Source of the DNA: a virus
Taxonomy: Duplodnaviria; Caudoviricetes
Length of the DNA stretch: 54,806 nucleotides
Virus record (IMG/VR): IMGVR_UViG_3300020205_001884
Coordinates: 1 to 54,806 of that record
Direction: 5' to 3' (one strand)
Below the pieces are notes generated by a model, which did no database searches, was not told where the DNA came from, and saw only the letters and a list, made by a program, of their open reading frames with translations. Below, in pieces: positions 21,501 through 29,243 of this stretch (position 1 is the first letter of the stretch; the number at the start of each line of letters is the position of its first letter). A program made the position numbers and the translations under genes.

Positions 21501-24351
21501 TATTGTTTTCTATTTTGTGGTTAATCCCACCATTCATACCAATTCCACCACCAAAATCACCTCTACCACATTTATAAAATACATTTTGACTTATTGTATT
21601 TCCGGATAACAAATCATCAAAATATATGCCTATAACACCCTGTATACGCTTATCGTCATTAGTTACTGGTCTTGTATTTGGGGATCTTCCGCCAGGACAT
21701 CCGGCATCTCCGCTGCCTACTGAGACAGGACCACCATATATAAATCCACCATCTTGATCAGGTCCAATATCATTAAAGAAATTGTTTCGTATTATGATAT
21801 CAAAGGAAGATGCATTTCTTCCGGCGTATATTGCACCTGCATCATCATTATTTTTACATAACTTATAAAAATGATTATATTCTATTACTATATCATTACC
21901 AAGAGAAGCCCATACACCACTCGGACCCTCTGATATTAGATTGTAAGAAACTGTATTGCCAACTCCCTCTATTCTTACTGCTACAGAAGTATCTAATAAT
22001 TTACCAAATTTTTTAATAGAGCATCTAGTAACTACTTTATTAGCTGGCTCCAGTGTTTGTTTATTACCACCTGTATTGATAATTGCACCAAGTCCAATAT
22101 CATGTATATCACAACTATCAATGGTTATGTTTTTACCACCGGGTGCGTTTATTGCATGTTTCTTTATATTATAGATTTTGCATTTCAATACTGTAACATT
22201 TTCACACAATTGAATTTCTATACCGGATCCAGCACTATCTCTGAAAGTTAGTCCTTCGAATCTTATATTTTTAGCACCATATAATTTGAATAATGATCGC
22301 AATCCTCCTTTAACATTCCATATGTGTCTGGATTGCATTGCTCCTCCGGTTTGTGTCCATCCAAACGGAGAATCTTCCCAACCCGGATATGGGAAATCTA
22401 TTCTACTAATATTTCCACTAGGATTATATCCGACCTCAGTTGTGTCGTTAGATTTAACACCAGCACCGGCTACAGCTCTGTGTGTTAATCTTATACTAGA
22501 ATTACTATTCAGTGCGGATTTAGGCCAGAAGTATAATTTCTCATTAGCTCTATCGATAAAATATTCACCGGGAGAATCCAATTCTTCTAATATATTCAGT
22601 GCGTACCATCTTCTTGGAGTTGGGTTTGATAAGTACGCATACTGACCACCACAAATAGATGGATCCTCACAAAGAATTCCAGTTGTTGCATCGCATAATG
22701 TATAATTTTGTATTCCATAATTAGATTTTCTGGAATTCACTGTGATTCTTCTATTGACAATATCGAGAGATACTACTTTATAATTTTCTTGTGCCCAGTC
22801 CCATCTCCAAGAACCATACAACCAAATTCCATCATTAATAGCCGTAGATGTCCATTTAGAAATAACAGAATCATACTCCGAGGAATATGTAAACACACCA
22901 TTTCTAAAACAATCAGCAGTACCATCATTATTTGCATCAGTTGAAATAAATTCTCCACATGGATCTGGAGTAGTGTCACCAGCTCCAATATAAAATCTAT
23001 CTACACTCCACTGACCAGTTGTGCCAGAATCAACTACAGTTTTAATAGTAGCACACTCTGCCAAAGAAAAGCCATGACTATTTGTATTATTTTTATTAGG
23101 CCATCTAGCGACAACCATTGTCTCATTGTCAAAAATTAAATCAGGAAGTGCTGGTAAATCTGATGTATATCCGACCTGCGAACCAACACCATCTCCTTTC
23201 CACATGGAAGGATATCCTGGTCCAATATCAAAAGAAGAAATATTAGCAACATATACATTTCCTCTTGCAGCAGCAGATATACGACTCCACTTAGGATCAC
23301 TAGAATTTACTAATGTAAATGCTGTGTGTTCAATTGCTTCCGATCCAGTTATGATTACTTCATCAGATGCAGATTTTGGTTTGAATGTTAAAGTTCTACC
23401 ATCCTTTGCACTATATGTGCTATTCATGTATAGAATAGGATTTGCATCAGTTCCAAGCATTCTGTATGTGCCACCAGCAATGCGAATCTCTATATTGAGA
23501 TCGCCGCCAGCTGCTGTATATGTTTTTGCTAAAAGAGCTGCTTTAGCAATAGTCTTGACCGGACCAGAAGTTCCAGATATGGTAGAATTTTCTCCAGTCC
23601 ATGCATCATTTCCAATAGAATCTGACACATATATGTTATGAGTTGTGTATCGTGGAGGAATGGATGTATTCCAAATTTGTGGCATACCACCATCACCGTA
23701 GAATGTGTTATCTGTAATATAATCAAAACTAAGACCATCATTTGAACATCTATTCAAAAACTGAAGAATGCTAGTTTTAGCATCTGCAATCACATTTTCT
23801 TGCCACGGTGTCCAGATTAATTTTCTGCCATTTATTTCTGTTCCATCAGAATTGGTGTAATAATCAATCATATCTAATGACGACCATGTCCAATTAGCAG
23901 GAGCAGCACTCCAGAATGTTGGCTGCACAACTCGTCTTCCTTCTGGTATTGCTTCTAGTGCTGCTTTAAAATCATTATATTTAGTAGTATTTACAAAATA
24001 ATCGTCGCCTGGAGTAGGTGTCCATTCTCCCGCGTAATCAACATACACAAAAGGTACAACAGAAATTGCATCTTCGTGAACTTGTCTATTCCATGTCGCT
24101 GCCCATACTTCATAATTGAGAGAGGATGCATTTGTAGGAAGCTCAGGAACTACTATATCGGTACTCGGCGGATAAACAATATCTGTACCCGGAAGTCCGT
24201 CCGTACCCAGAATTTCGTCTGTAGTTGTTGTTTCTGGTTCGGTTGGTAATGAACCCAATACCTGATTGAAAACATTTTTTGGATCATTTATAATAGGTCC
24301 AAGACTGTCTGTTGTGGTTGTTGGTATTACAATAGCATTAATTTTTTGCAT
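15523..24351 (-). CDS. Giant multidomain protein with a right-handed parallel beta-helix (GH141/pectin-lyase-like) and RCC1/BLIP-II beta-propeller repeats; putative depolymerase or adhesin
   Basis: Beta-helix motifs 'VARWPN', 'GSWRWDWA', 'NILEELDSPGEYFID...LYFWP', 'DDAGAIY', 'GIYFDD'. RCC1 repeats 'AAGAGHYIALLDDGQAVTWG', 'AAGRAHSLLL..GNIETWG', 'GGYHHTCALRENGTVVCWGEN..GECNVP'. Confidence 0.75.
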   Translation of the reverse strand: MQKINAIVIPTTTTDSLGPIINDPKNVFNQVLGSLPTEPETTTTDEILGTDGLPGTDIVYPPSTDIVVPELPTNASSLNYEVWAATWNRQVHEDAISVVPFVYVDYAGEWTPTPGDDYFVNTTKYNDFKAALEAIPEGRRVVQPTFWSAAPANWTWSSLDMIDYYTNSDGTEINGRKLIWTPWQENVIADAKTSILQFLNRCSNDGLSFDYITDNTFYGDGGMPQIWNTSIPPRYTTHNIYVSDSIGNDAWTGENSTISGTSGPVKTIAKAALLAKTYTAAGGDLNIEIRIAGGTYRMLGTDANPILYMNSTYSAKDGRTLTFKPKSASDEVIITGSEAIEHTAFTLVNSSDPKWSRISAAARGNVYVANISSFDIGPGYPSMWKGDGVGSQVGYTSDLPALPDLIFDNETMVVARWPNKNNTNSHGFSLAECATIKTVVDSGTTGQWSVDRFYIGAGDTTPDPCGEFISTDANNDGTADCFRNGVFTYSSEYDSVISKWTSTAINDGIWLYGSWRWDWAQENYKVVSLDIVNRRITVNSRKSNYGIQNYTLCDATTGILCEDPSICGGQYAYLSNPTPRRWYALNILEELDSPGEYFIDRANEKLYFWPKSALNSNSSIRLTHRAVAGAGVKSNDTTEVGYNPSGNISRIDFPYPGWEDSPFGWTQTGGAMQSRHIWNVKGGLRSLFKLYGAKNIRFEGLTFRDSAGSGIEIQLCENVTVLKCKIYNIKKHAINAPGGKNITIDSCDIHDIGLGAIINTGGNKQTLEPANKVVTRCSIKKFGKLLDTSVAVRIEGVGNTVSYNLISEGPSGVWASLGNDIVIEYNHFYKLCKNNDDAGAIYAGRNASSFDIIIRNNFFNDIGPDQDGGFIYGGPVSVGSGDAGCPGGRSPNTRPVTNDDKRIQGVIGIYFDDLLSGNTISQNVFYKCGRGDFGGGIGMNGGINHKIENNIFIECPTGYGDVLNNQTVWNTSLSGQAFYVINTDAYPWYESGGPLDRDGITTIPVTGYSPWTMTFGPTAYPSLSFKGVMAVSDIRTPEYKNRAPWLHEIYNFSSSTPGTPGTITVNVANATLYKTKAINNVFVNCARISHSGIVGSNPTIGGFIVEGEFQSTDMTHFVNVPGLDFRLTGEGLRQIQRDIPGFSNIPFQSIPTVNYVPESYTQQTWQTCAVGNSHYSCERDFSDPDALEAIVTDPRFTSTVNPINDKTIDQDFMDRYNLCKTETDNRQRSLFSIYSNNWYVPTATTAAQALSPMYGYLGDTENSQNNMAVFPWGNSNAQAATRAWTGVVIDWGSSFYRPYMWLDALSSANFSNVGLTQDYNYPLNDVEFEYVDNGYGWKASPMRANLDVLVSPPFYGELTPNAFGTFSYIINPTTDDERYLFSSIDPNSTPPATTLRYSSPTWLAFLLDMRLMKAIHRSDSSAWQRFAPWIVSTDVGGDVDRYRYGPLTGDVGKQYWKEIILHSCLHGAKFINYFNGVSPENPQSTLDMHNVLEEWRVTSGNSRAQPTAVNRIAVNSSVIISGGRLLSTNQYLWRITAKPSASVTLRAFGASTSRTDIPQTITLDSASRGAWLTTTTSVPPIYILDENTQQETTEFKYVTLLRNTVAQGLIAREHAIFGGATHDFGSGVGFDANGKSIGGLQYMTDARIESSGHHSGNVNWYYKNNYRLDTNGRLIPVEIEYAPNQTQILCTGDACYSGQGCYQAPPLHAAEWIEQMSKSGEWGSPLRPEQPFPNNTTYYTSATQRNTWFPYVTLEDGTTVKIHQPFDDTKGKDTPMEFMVSVNPSEQVRLPGELLPIVPVYSSFWQRSRSEGGRSDLAYDYRVNNTNGTDYSSVATGWSNVVFYTLADGTLKWQTASSTYAGYPILPPNNLAVLKYKQIAVGYGSVIGLKTDGTVVGWGGVDGEVERSTAFFQQQVTFKGRTIKKVAAGAGHYIALLDDGQAVTWGSNESAQCSDPNTVWTPIGLIPTPTATNHEYIIDWIPYQDFFYDQKKSSLMYTFDDTTDGGTDGQPMSNSCVPVPENRHYRIFRNNLLGCPFHSNNEYTQANPNGAYDTPYVITGETYPIEQGGNFAWSGKINWAQYTGAPNDYQFSRHTTRDTNLGSPGVNYSVGSGGWRRAQENIPMVQASGGVEIGYENSAAEGGALVYNSVFGTALKKYIDIAAGRAHSLLLTETGNIETWGQNWYYTITGSGPAPVDPDTGENLGWGRVGQPSGNGNPPAIPHGYGTYFEVKRVKRNINSVKAIGTGYYTSQIIRPDGSIFAWDRNEWGESLPYQNSDGTTGLPNGPFKQINGGYHHTCALRENGTVVCWGENTEGECNVPLDLGQCLWIDAGARFTLALKRNGELWAWGKVSLLKAGATDGVAIKLVNDNIILPNPSAGLLPGHECPMIVSGAKEIRSENDGLPTKYEPGNMWKYNGFIFAPIREDDGCADALFMSTYTKVLESAKEQEEYAYKIMHSPIVPPCITQGDAWKTWSDDDFVNGVYTPKRVFVNFEDQLVDQIRGLDMTARFGPGQYGGMGGVLVNDKIWQKVVSYVKLTRKMNNKIREVWGSQANINHYDMMSFPYYQNWKSEWYPTAGPLMWGELDLLENTSDNQSRVATCPYCDELDIDYPGDAAFNQLSFEDKREFNIKALKAVQNKVFALAAAIAKMCIFEPAEGEPDVLDLRPEMTALMPQIDPSNFIITGLNHYPNSVHGDLVNNAHKYYAATSDGFTAGGETLMNNSETNKSRQMSVHHSEQARIGLFNNQSSGKLYSFMVQGVCGSQVAPSGYEFYNSSDPVNGGYKKSFNYTCPCAIPACRCEFNTIEVSSFPISESVANHQAGDRKYVAANLFQNTNRKSFLRHSVWVNMWNDFLVRSQLGSALKNKDEIIWSDNNLQSVVSSYFPNEVSAPPGYNNQLRPCAQGETPHAGCRDIVANPYILPTPMNDSSRIRNNSFSTFNC

Positions 24352-24353
24352 AA

Positions 24354-26282
24354 TTATAAGTCGTTTTCTATAAAGAGAAATGCAGCAAATGGGTGTTCTG
24401 GTCCGGGATTATCTGTTGAAATTTGATCTGTAGAATACATGTCTGTTGTATTTGTAATAGGAGGTACGATTGATAATACTACGGTCCAATTTGGTACAAG
24501 AATCCTAGTTTCTCTTTCTCTTTGTTGCGGCCTTTCAACTTCTACCTCTGCTGCTATATACTCTTCTAACTCATCAGTAGAATATGTTATTTGATCTGTG
24601 CTTACATCTGTTCCAGCATCAGTAGAAGTTGTAGATACTACTGGTATATCTATACTAGGAGGAAACGGTTCATATTCCGCAATAATTAAACTTGCTACTC
24701 TTTTATTAAATGGTGCAGTTCTTGCCACCAAATTTTGGAAATCATCTACATCCTGATCAAATGCACCAACATCAAATGAAGTGAAACTTATTTGTTTTGC
24801 TTCGATTATAGAATCTATGATGTCATACTTATAGAATGCTTTATATCCAGCTGGATGTACAGCTTCTTTAAGAATATCAGAATAGCGATATGGAGTTATA
24901 GCAGCGCCAATTTCATATGAATTTTGTTGATAATAGAAATTATCTTGGAGTACTGCTATTTGCGATAATAAAGAATATTTGTTTTGGTATTTACCTTGCT
25001 CATAAAAGATATAGCCAGTTTCAAATTCAATAATACAATTATTGATCTCTCCGTTTATCACGATTGTGTATGCTTCATTTATAGGCGAAGTATACTCAAA
25101 TCCAGGATTTAAAATTTCTATTTTCTGAATTTTACCAAATTTATCTATTTCCTGAACAGATGCAATAAAATTATAACCATCAACCGGAGTTGTATCTAAA
25201 TCTGTAGTTTCAACAGAATTACACGAAGAACATGAATGAGATCCTGTGTTTTCAAACCGTATCTTTTGACCAACTTTGAAATCATAAACAGGACAATCTT
25301 TTGGTGTTGCAGAAACTACCATAGGACTTAGCGTCAATTTTGTAGTTTCTTCTATACCAGCTAAGATGTATTTGTAATACACAGTAGAAGATGGTAAAGT
25401 GCCATTTATTCCAGATAAAAGTAGAGTTGCGTATATACTACCTTTTTTGGTTATAACAATAACATCATCAACATATGCTGAAAATACTTTATCACCAGAA
25501 TTGTTTAATGCATAGATTTCAGTGGAATGTATTGTTTCTAATTGTTCATGGGAATTTACTTTTGCAATTACAAATACAGATTCTTTCCATTTAGCTTGTG
25601 ATGCAATTAGCATCTTTTCTCGTGGATAAGTTAATGTAATTTCTGTATCAAACATCAAACGAAAAAGAAATCTAAATGAGTCTTCTGTTCCTTTTTTGGA
25701 ATAAAATTCTCTAATTCTTTTTATTACTTTAGTTACATCTACGCCAGCACCTGTCTCTTTGTCCTTAGAGAATTGCGTAGGAAAAGATGAAAGATATGTT
25801 GCATAAAATTTATCAAGCAATTCTGGTGGAATGGTATCAACATCCAAGAACTGCTCTATACTGTGTGGAATTAAATTTGGATCTTTTGATGATTCCAACC
25901 AAATATAATAATATTTTACAAAATCAACAAATACTGAATATTCTTGTTCTAAAAAATCAGGAATACTAGAACTAACAACCGAAGATAATTTGTTCTTTAA
26001 TTCTATCGTTATTGGTTTAGCTGAAAATTCTACAGTATTTCTTGTAGAAATTATCTCTTTTCCATATTTATTTTTTACATATGCAACAAGTACATGATCC
26101 CCTTCTGGTACTGTTATTTCAAATAAACCAGATCTTGCAGTTTTTTCGAAAAGAACACCATCAACATCAAATATAACTTTATTGAATATCCCCTCAGTAT
26201 CCTTTACCTCATAATTAATAACAACTCGATTTGAAAAAATCAAATCTCCTGCTGTTGGAGTTTTAATCGTGAGTGATATCAT
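24354..26282 (-). CDS. gp7: Baseplate wedge initiator gp7-like (compact)
   Basis: Motifs 'IPDFL..EY..FVDFVKYYY.WLE', 'IREFYSKKGTEDSFRFLFRLMF', 'QDNFYYQQNSY', 'VHPAGYKAF'; lies downstream of gp6. Confidence 0.8.
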   Translation of the reverse strand: MISLTIKTPTAGDLIFSNRVVINYEVKDTEGIFNKVIFDVDGVLFEKTARSGLFEITVPEGDHVLVAYVKNKYGKEIISTRNTVEFSAKPITIELKNKLSSVVSSSIPDFLEQEYSVFVDFVKYYYIWLESSKDPNLIPHSIEQFLDVDTIPPELLDKFYATYLSSFPTQFSKDKETGAGVDVTKVIKRIREFYSKKGTEDSFRFLFRLMFDTEITLTYPREKMLIASQAKWKESVFVIAKVNSHEQLETIHSTEIYALNNSGDKVFSAYVDDVIVITKKGSIYATLLLSGINGTLPSSTVYYKYILAGIEETTKLTLSPMVVSATPKDCPVYDFKVGQKIRFENTGSHSCSSCNSVETTDLDTTPVDGYNFIASVQEIDKFGKIQKIEILNPGFEYTSPINEAYTIVINGEINNCIIEFETGYIFYEQGKYQNKYSLLSQIAVLQDNFYYQQNSYEIGAAITPYRYSDILKEAVHPAGYKAFYKYDIIDSIIEAKQISFTSFDVGAFDQDVDDFQNLVARTAPFNKRVASLIIAEYEPFPPSIDIPVVSTTSTDAGTDVSTDQITYSTDELEEYIAAEVEVERPQQRERETRILVPNWTVVLSIVPPITNTTDMYSTDQISTDNPGPEHPFAAFLFIENDL

Positions 26283-28168
26283 TTAATCGGTTTTCTGAAT
26301 GCAGACTCAATCAAGTTAATAACAGTTGCATTTCTATCATTTGTGTCTATTGATAATATGGTGTTAGGATTCACAAATATATCGCTGTCTACAACATTCG
26401 CAAATATCTTTATGGTATTGTTTTCGGCAGAATATATTGGATTGAATTTTACTAAATTCATTTCTCCAGTTTCATAATCAATTGTGCCAATAGATTCTGG
26501 CGATAATACAGACAGATCTAAATTATCAAATCTTCCAATTGAATAACTCAAACCATCTTGTTCATAGCCAATATAAATCAATCCAAATCCATCGTCATAT
26601 AGCTTACAGACACGGACTACATTTTTGTAATCCAAGTATGTAAATGAATTGCTTTGAATGTTCGGCACATCTATACTATTACTCCTTTGAATTGCATTTT
26701 GGAATTTTACAGTATAGGATCTTGCTGCACCATATTCTGGTATCAAACGATATTCTAATTGAGGAGTAATTGTCACACTCAATATAGAAGAATCCATATC
26801 AAGAATAGAAGCTTCCAGTTCATTTGCTATCAGATCTGCGTCAAAGATATCCAAATTAGTTATTATGTAATCATCAATTGCTTTGATTATTTTTGCATTT
26901 AATTGAACAATTGATCCTTTATTTTTAACAATATCTACCTTAGCATCACAATTTATAATAAGGTATATTATATTTGGATCTACCAGTTCAGGTACAACCC
27001 CAACAACTCCTCTGTTCTTAGTCAAAGATTTCAATATGGCATTCTTTTCACTGCTAGTAAGTGCTGCTCGATTTTCCGGTTTAATACAAATGAATACTTT
27101 ACCGTATGCAGGTGGATCGTTTTCTTCTCCTCCCCAGCATTTTATAGATTTGATGAATGCAAAATCTTTTTGTAAAATTATAGAATAATCACTTGCAGTC
27201 ACTGCTCTTTCTTGTGTAGTAAAATTCTTTGGAGCATTGTACTTGATGGAATTTGTTGTTTCTTTCTCCGAACCACCAAAAGAAGGTAGTACGACTTTTA
27301 CAGTATCTACAGAATCTAACGAATTAAATACTCTATTGGATTCTGCATCTGTGAATCCTATGTCGTTTGCTTCTGTTCCGCTACTTTCTAAGAAGGTAAT
27401 AGTAACTAGATTACCTTCGTTTAATCTTTTACCCAAAATACCATCGCCAAAATATATTCTATAATACTCATCCGGTCCTTCTTCTAAGAAGAATACATTA
27501 GACTCACCATTGATTAATGTTATATTTTGAGATTCTGTCCAAGTAGCATCACTTCCTGTATCATTTGAGGCGCTATTTTGAACTGTTATCGATATAGTTT
27601 GTGTGTCTATATTTTTGTATCTGAGTGTGAATTTTTGAGTTGGATTTGATCCATCTATAACGAAAGAATTGGTTCTTAAGAATCCTTCACGAATAGCAAC
27701 GGATCCTGTTGTGTAGTTGATAGGAGTTATTCCATCAACATCGATTTCGTTTACACTAAAGGTTGCTTCTTCTAAATTATAGAAAAAGAATGCAGTAGAA
27801 TCTTTATTGGCTTTAAATGCTTGATATTTTGGTAATATGAGAGATCCTACTATCGCTCCGGTATCTGAAGCAGATCTAACAATTTCCACTATGCAAGTGG
27901 CACTTCTAGAAGAAGAGGGGGTATATCCTAAGTTTTTAGCAATAGACACAACAGAAGATCTTTTCTGTGCAGTATCCAGAAAAGCTTCATTGAAAGTTAT
28001 GTTATTGTATAATGCTTGATAATGTGTGTTGTATGCAAGTATGTCCAACAGAATATTTAAGGTAGATCCCTCAAAATTGTAACCACTAAACTTATCTTGA
28101 TTCTTTAAGAACGAAATAAGATTTTGTTTGATGTCGTTGTAATCTAGCTTAGAAAAATCCGGATTCAT
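26279..28168 (-). CDS. gp6: Baseplate wedge subunit gp6
   Basis: Motifs 'LDYNDIKQNL..FLK.Q..F..YNFEGS.L..LLDILAYNTHY', 'QERAVTASDY', 'WGGEENDPPAYGKVF'. Confidence 0.93.
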   Translation of the reverse strand: MNPDFSKLDYNDIKQNLISFLKNQDKFSGYNFEGSTLNILLDILAYNTHYQALYNNITFNEAFLDTAQKRSSVVSIAKNLGYTPSSSRSATCIVEIVRSASDTGAIVGSLILPKYQAFKANKDSTAFFFYNLEEATFSVNEIDVDGITPINYTTGSVAIREGFLRTNSFVIDGSNPTQKFTLRYKNIDTQTISITVQNSASNDTGSDATWTESQNITLINGESNVFFLEEGPDEYYRIYFGDGILGKRLNEGNLVTITFLESSGTEANDIGFTDAESNRVFNSLDSVDTVKVVLPSFGGSEKETTNSIKYNAPKNFTTQERAVTASDYSIILQKDFAFIKSIKCWGGEENDPPAYGKVFICIKPENRAALTSSEKNAILKSLTKNRGVVGVVPELVDPNIIYLIINCDAKVDIVKNKGSIVQLNAKIIKAIDDYIITNLDIFDADLIANELEASILDMDSSILSVTITPQLEYRLIPEYGAARSYTVKFQNAIQRSNSIDVPNIQSNSFTYLDYKNVVRVCKLYDDGFGLIYIGYEQDGLSYSIGRFDNLDLSVLSPESIGTIDYETGEMNLVKFNPIYSAENNTIKIFANVVDSDIFVNPNTILSIDTNDRNATVINLIESAFRKPIK

Positions 28169-28560
28169 CTATTCCTCTCTAGATTAACTTGCAGAGATTG
28201 TGATTGTAAATTTTCTTGATTTACTACTCCATAAGTTATCTGTATTGTTAAACCATTCTGATCTTCCGAACTAACAACATCTACTTCTTGTAATTTAACT
28301 CGCGGTTCGTACTTATTGATTATATATTCAACTTTTTCACGAATTATATTCTTTCGAATGAAATCTGGAAAATTCTCAAACAAAACCTCTCTCAATCCTA
28401 CATCTATGTCTGGATTGAAAGGTTTATCGAATTTATTGAGTAATAGCAAGTTTTTCAGGGATTGTTTGATAGCATTACCATCTTTTAGGATATTAATATC
28501 CCCCGTTGAAGGATTTTTAGTAAAATCATTACTTATATCTGTTATGTTTAATTTTGCCAT
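28165..28560 (-). CDS. gp25: Baseplate wedge subunit gp25 (sheath initiator)
   Basis: Motifs 'AIKQSLKNLLL...KPFNP', 'YEPRV'; adjacent to gp6. Confidence 0.9.
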   Translation of the reverse strand: MAKLNITDISNDFTKNPSTGDINILKDGNAIKQSLKNLLLLNKFDKPFNPDIDVGLREVLFENFPDFIRKNIIREKVEYIINKYEPRVKLQEVDVVSSEDQNGLTIQITYGVVNQENLQSQSLQVNLERNR

Positions 28561-29210
28561 TATTTGGAAGTAAGTAAGGTGTTTATGATCCTAGTATTCT
28601 TTTTAACAAAAAACTCAAAGGTATCTACTACATCTGCATTTATCGCATCAACATGTGCCCAAGAACACCACTCACAACAATAGTAACCATATGGAGTCAA
28701 TGAACTGTCGGTTCTCAATGGAACCAAAATAAACGCAATAGTGTTTCTTGCTTCTAAAAATCCCTTAAAATGACAATCTGCTAATGTATTTGTAAAGATT
28801 AATCTTGGTTCGTCTTCTTGTAATATTTTTAATTTTTCAATAAACCGAGTTAACAGAACTCCTTGTTGCTGATCTATTGTGTTCACAACCCCAAGACTAC
28901 AAGATTCGTGCGTAATTGAAAACTTTAATATACTTTCACCTGTGAAGAAATCCCCACCATTATGAAACTGTGAAATGAATACTCTGGCGGAATCAAGTTC
29001 TAGTCGCATCTCAGTCAGCAATTCATTTACTTGTGTGTGAACTTTTGTAAAATCCTTTCCAGTACCGTTGCAGAAAAGAGGGTGTTTGCATTTTGTACGA
29101 ATATTTAATTTTCTTATTAAAGTGATTACACACCCAACAAGAAACGAAACTACAGCCACGCCAATACCAAACCACACATCAGGAGAAAGAGATTTGAAAA
29201 ATGTTAACAT
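28560..29210 (-). CDS. Single-TM protein with a GAF-like C-terminal domain; putative holin with T4 T-like architecture
   Basis: Hydrophobic N-terminal segment 'VWFGIGVAVVSFLVGCVITLI' followed by 'LELDSARVFISQFHNGG...FSITHE...IAFILVPL...YGYY'. The holin function is inferred. Confidence 0.45.
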   Translation of the reverse strand: MLTFFKSLSPDVWFGIGVAVVSFLVGCVITLIRKLNIRTKCKHPLFCNGTGKDFTKVHTQVNELLTEMRLELDSARVFISQFHNGGDFFTGESILKFSITHESCSLGVVNTIDQQQGVLLTRFIEKLKILQEDEPRLIFTNTLADCHFKGFLEARNTIAFILVPLRTDSSLTPYGYYCCEWCSWAHVDAINADVVDTFEFFVKKNTRIINTLLTSK

Positions 29211-29243
29211 ATTAGTGTCCTATAAATTACCGAACATTGTTAT

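Noticed and set aside
2108-24351. Inteins, introns or DGR target repeats in the giant ORFs
   Set aside because: I saw no intein splice or LAGLIDADG motifs, no reverse transcriptase and no TR/VR pair by eye; a self dot-plot would be needed to exclude them fully.
24349-24410. -1 frameshift fusing gp7 to the 2942-aa ORF
   Set aside because: The -1 frame is open for about 19 codons, but there is no canonical X XXY YYZ heptamer (only A GAA AAC).
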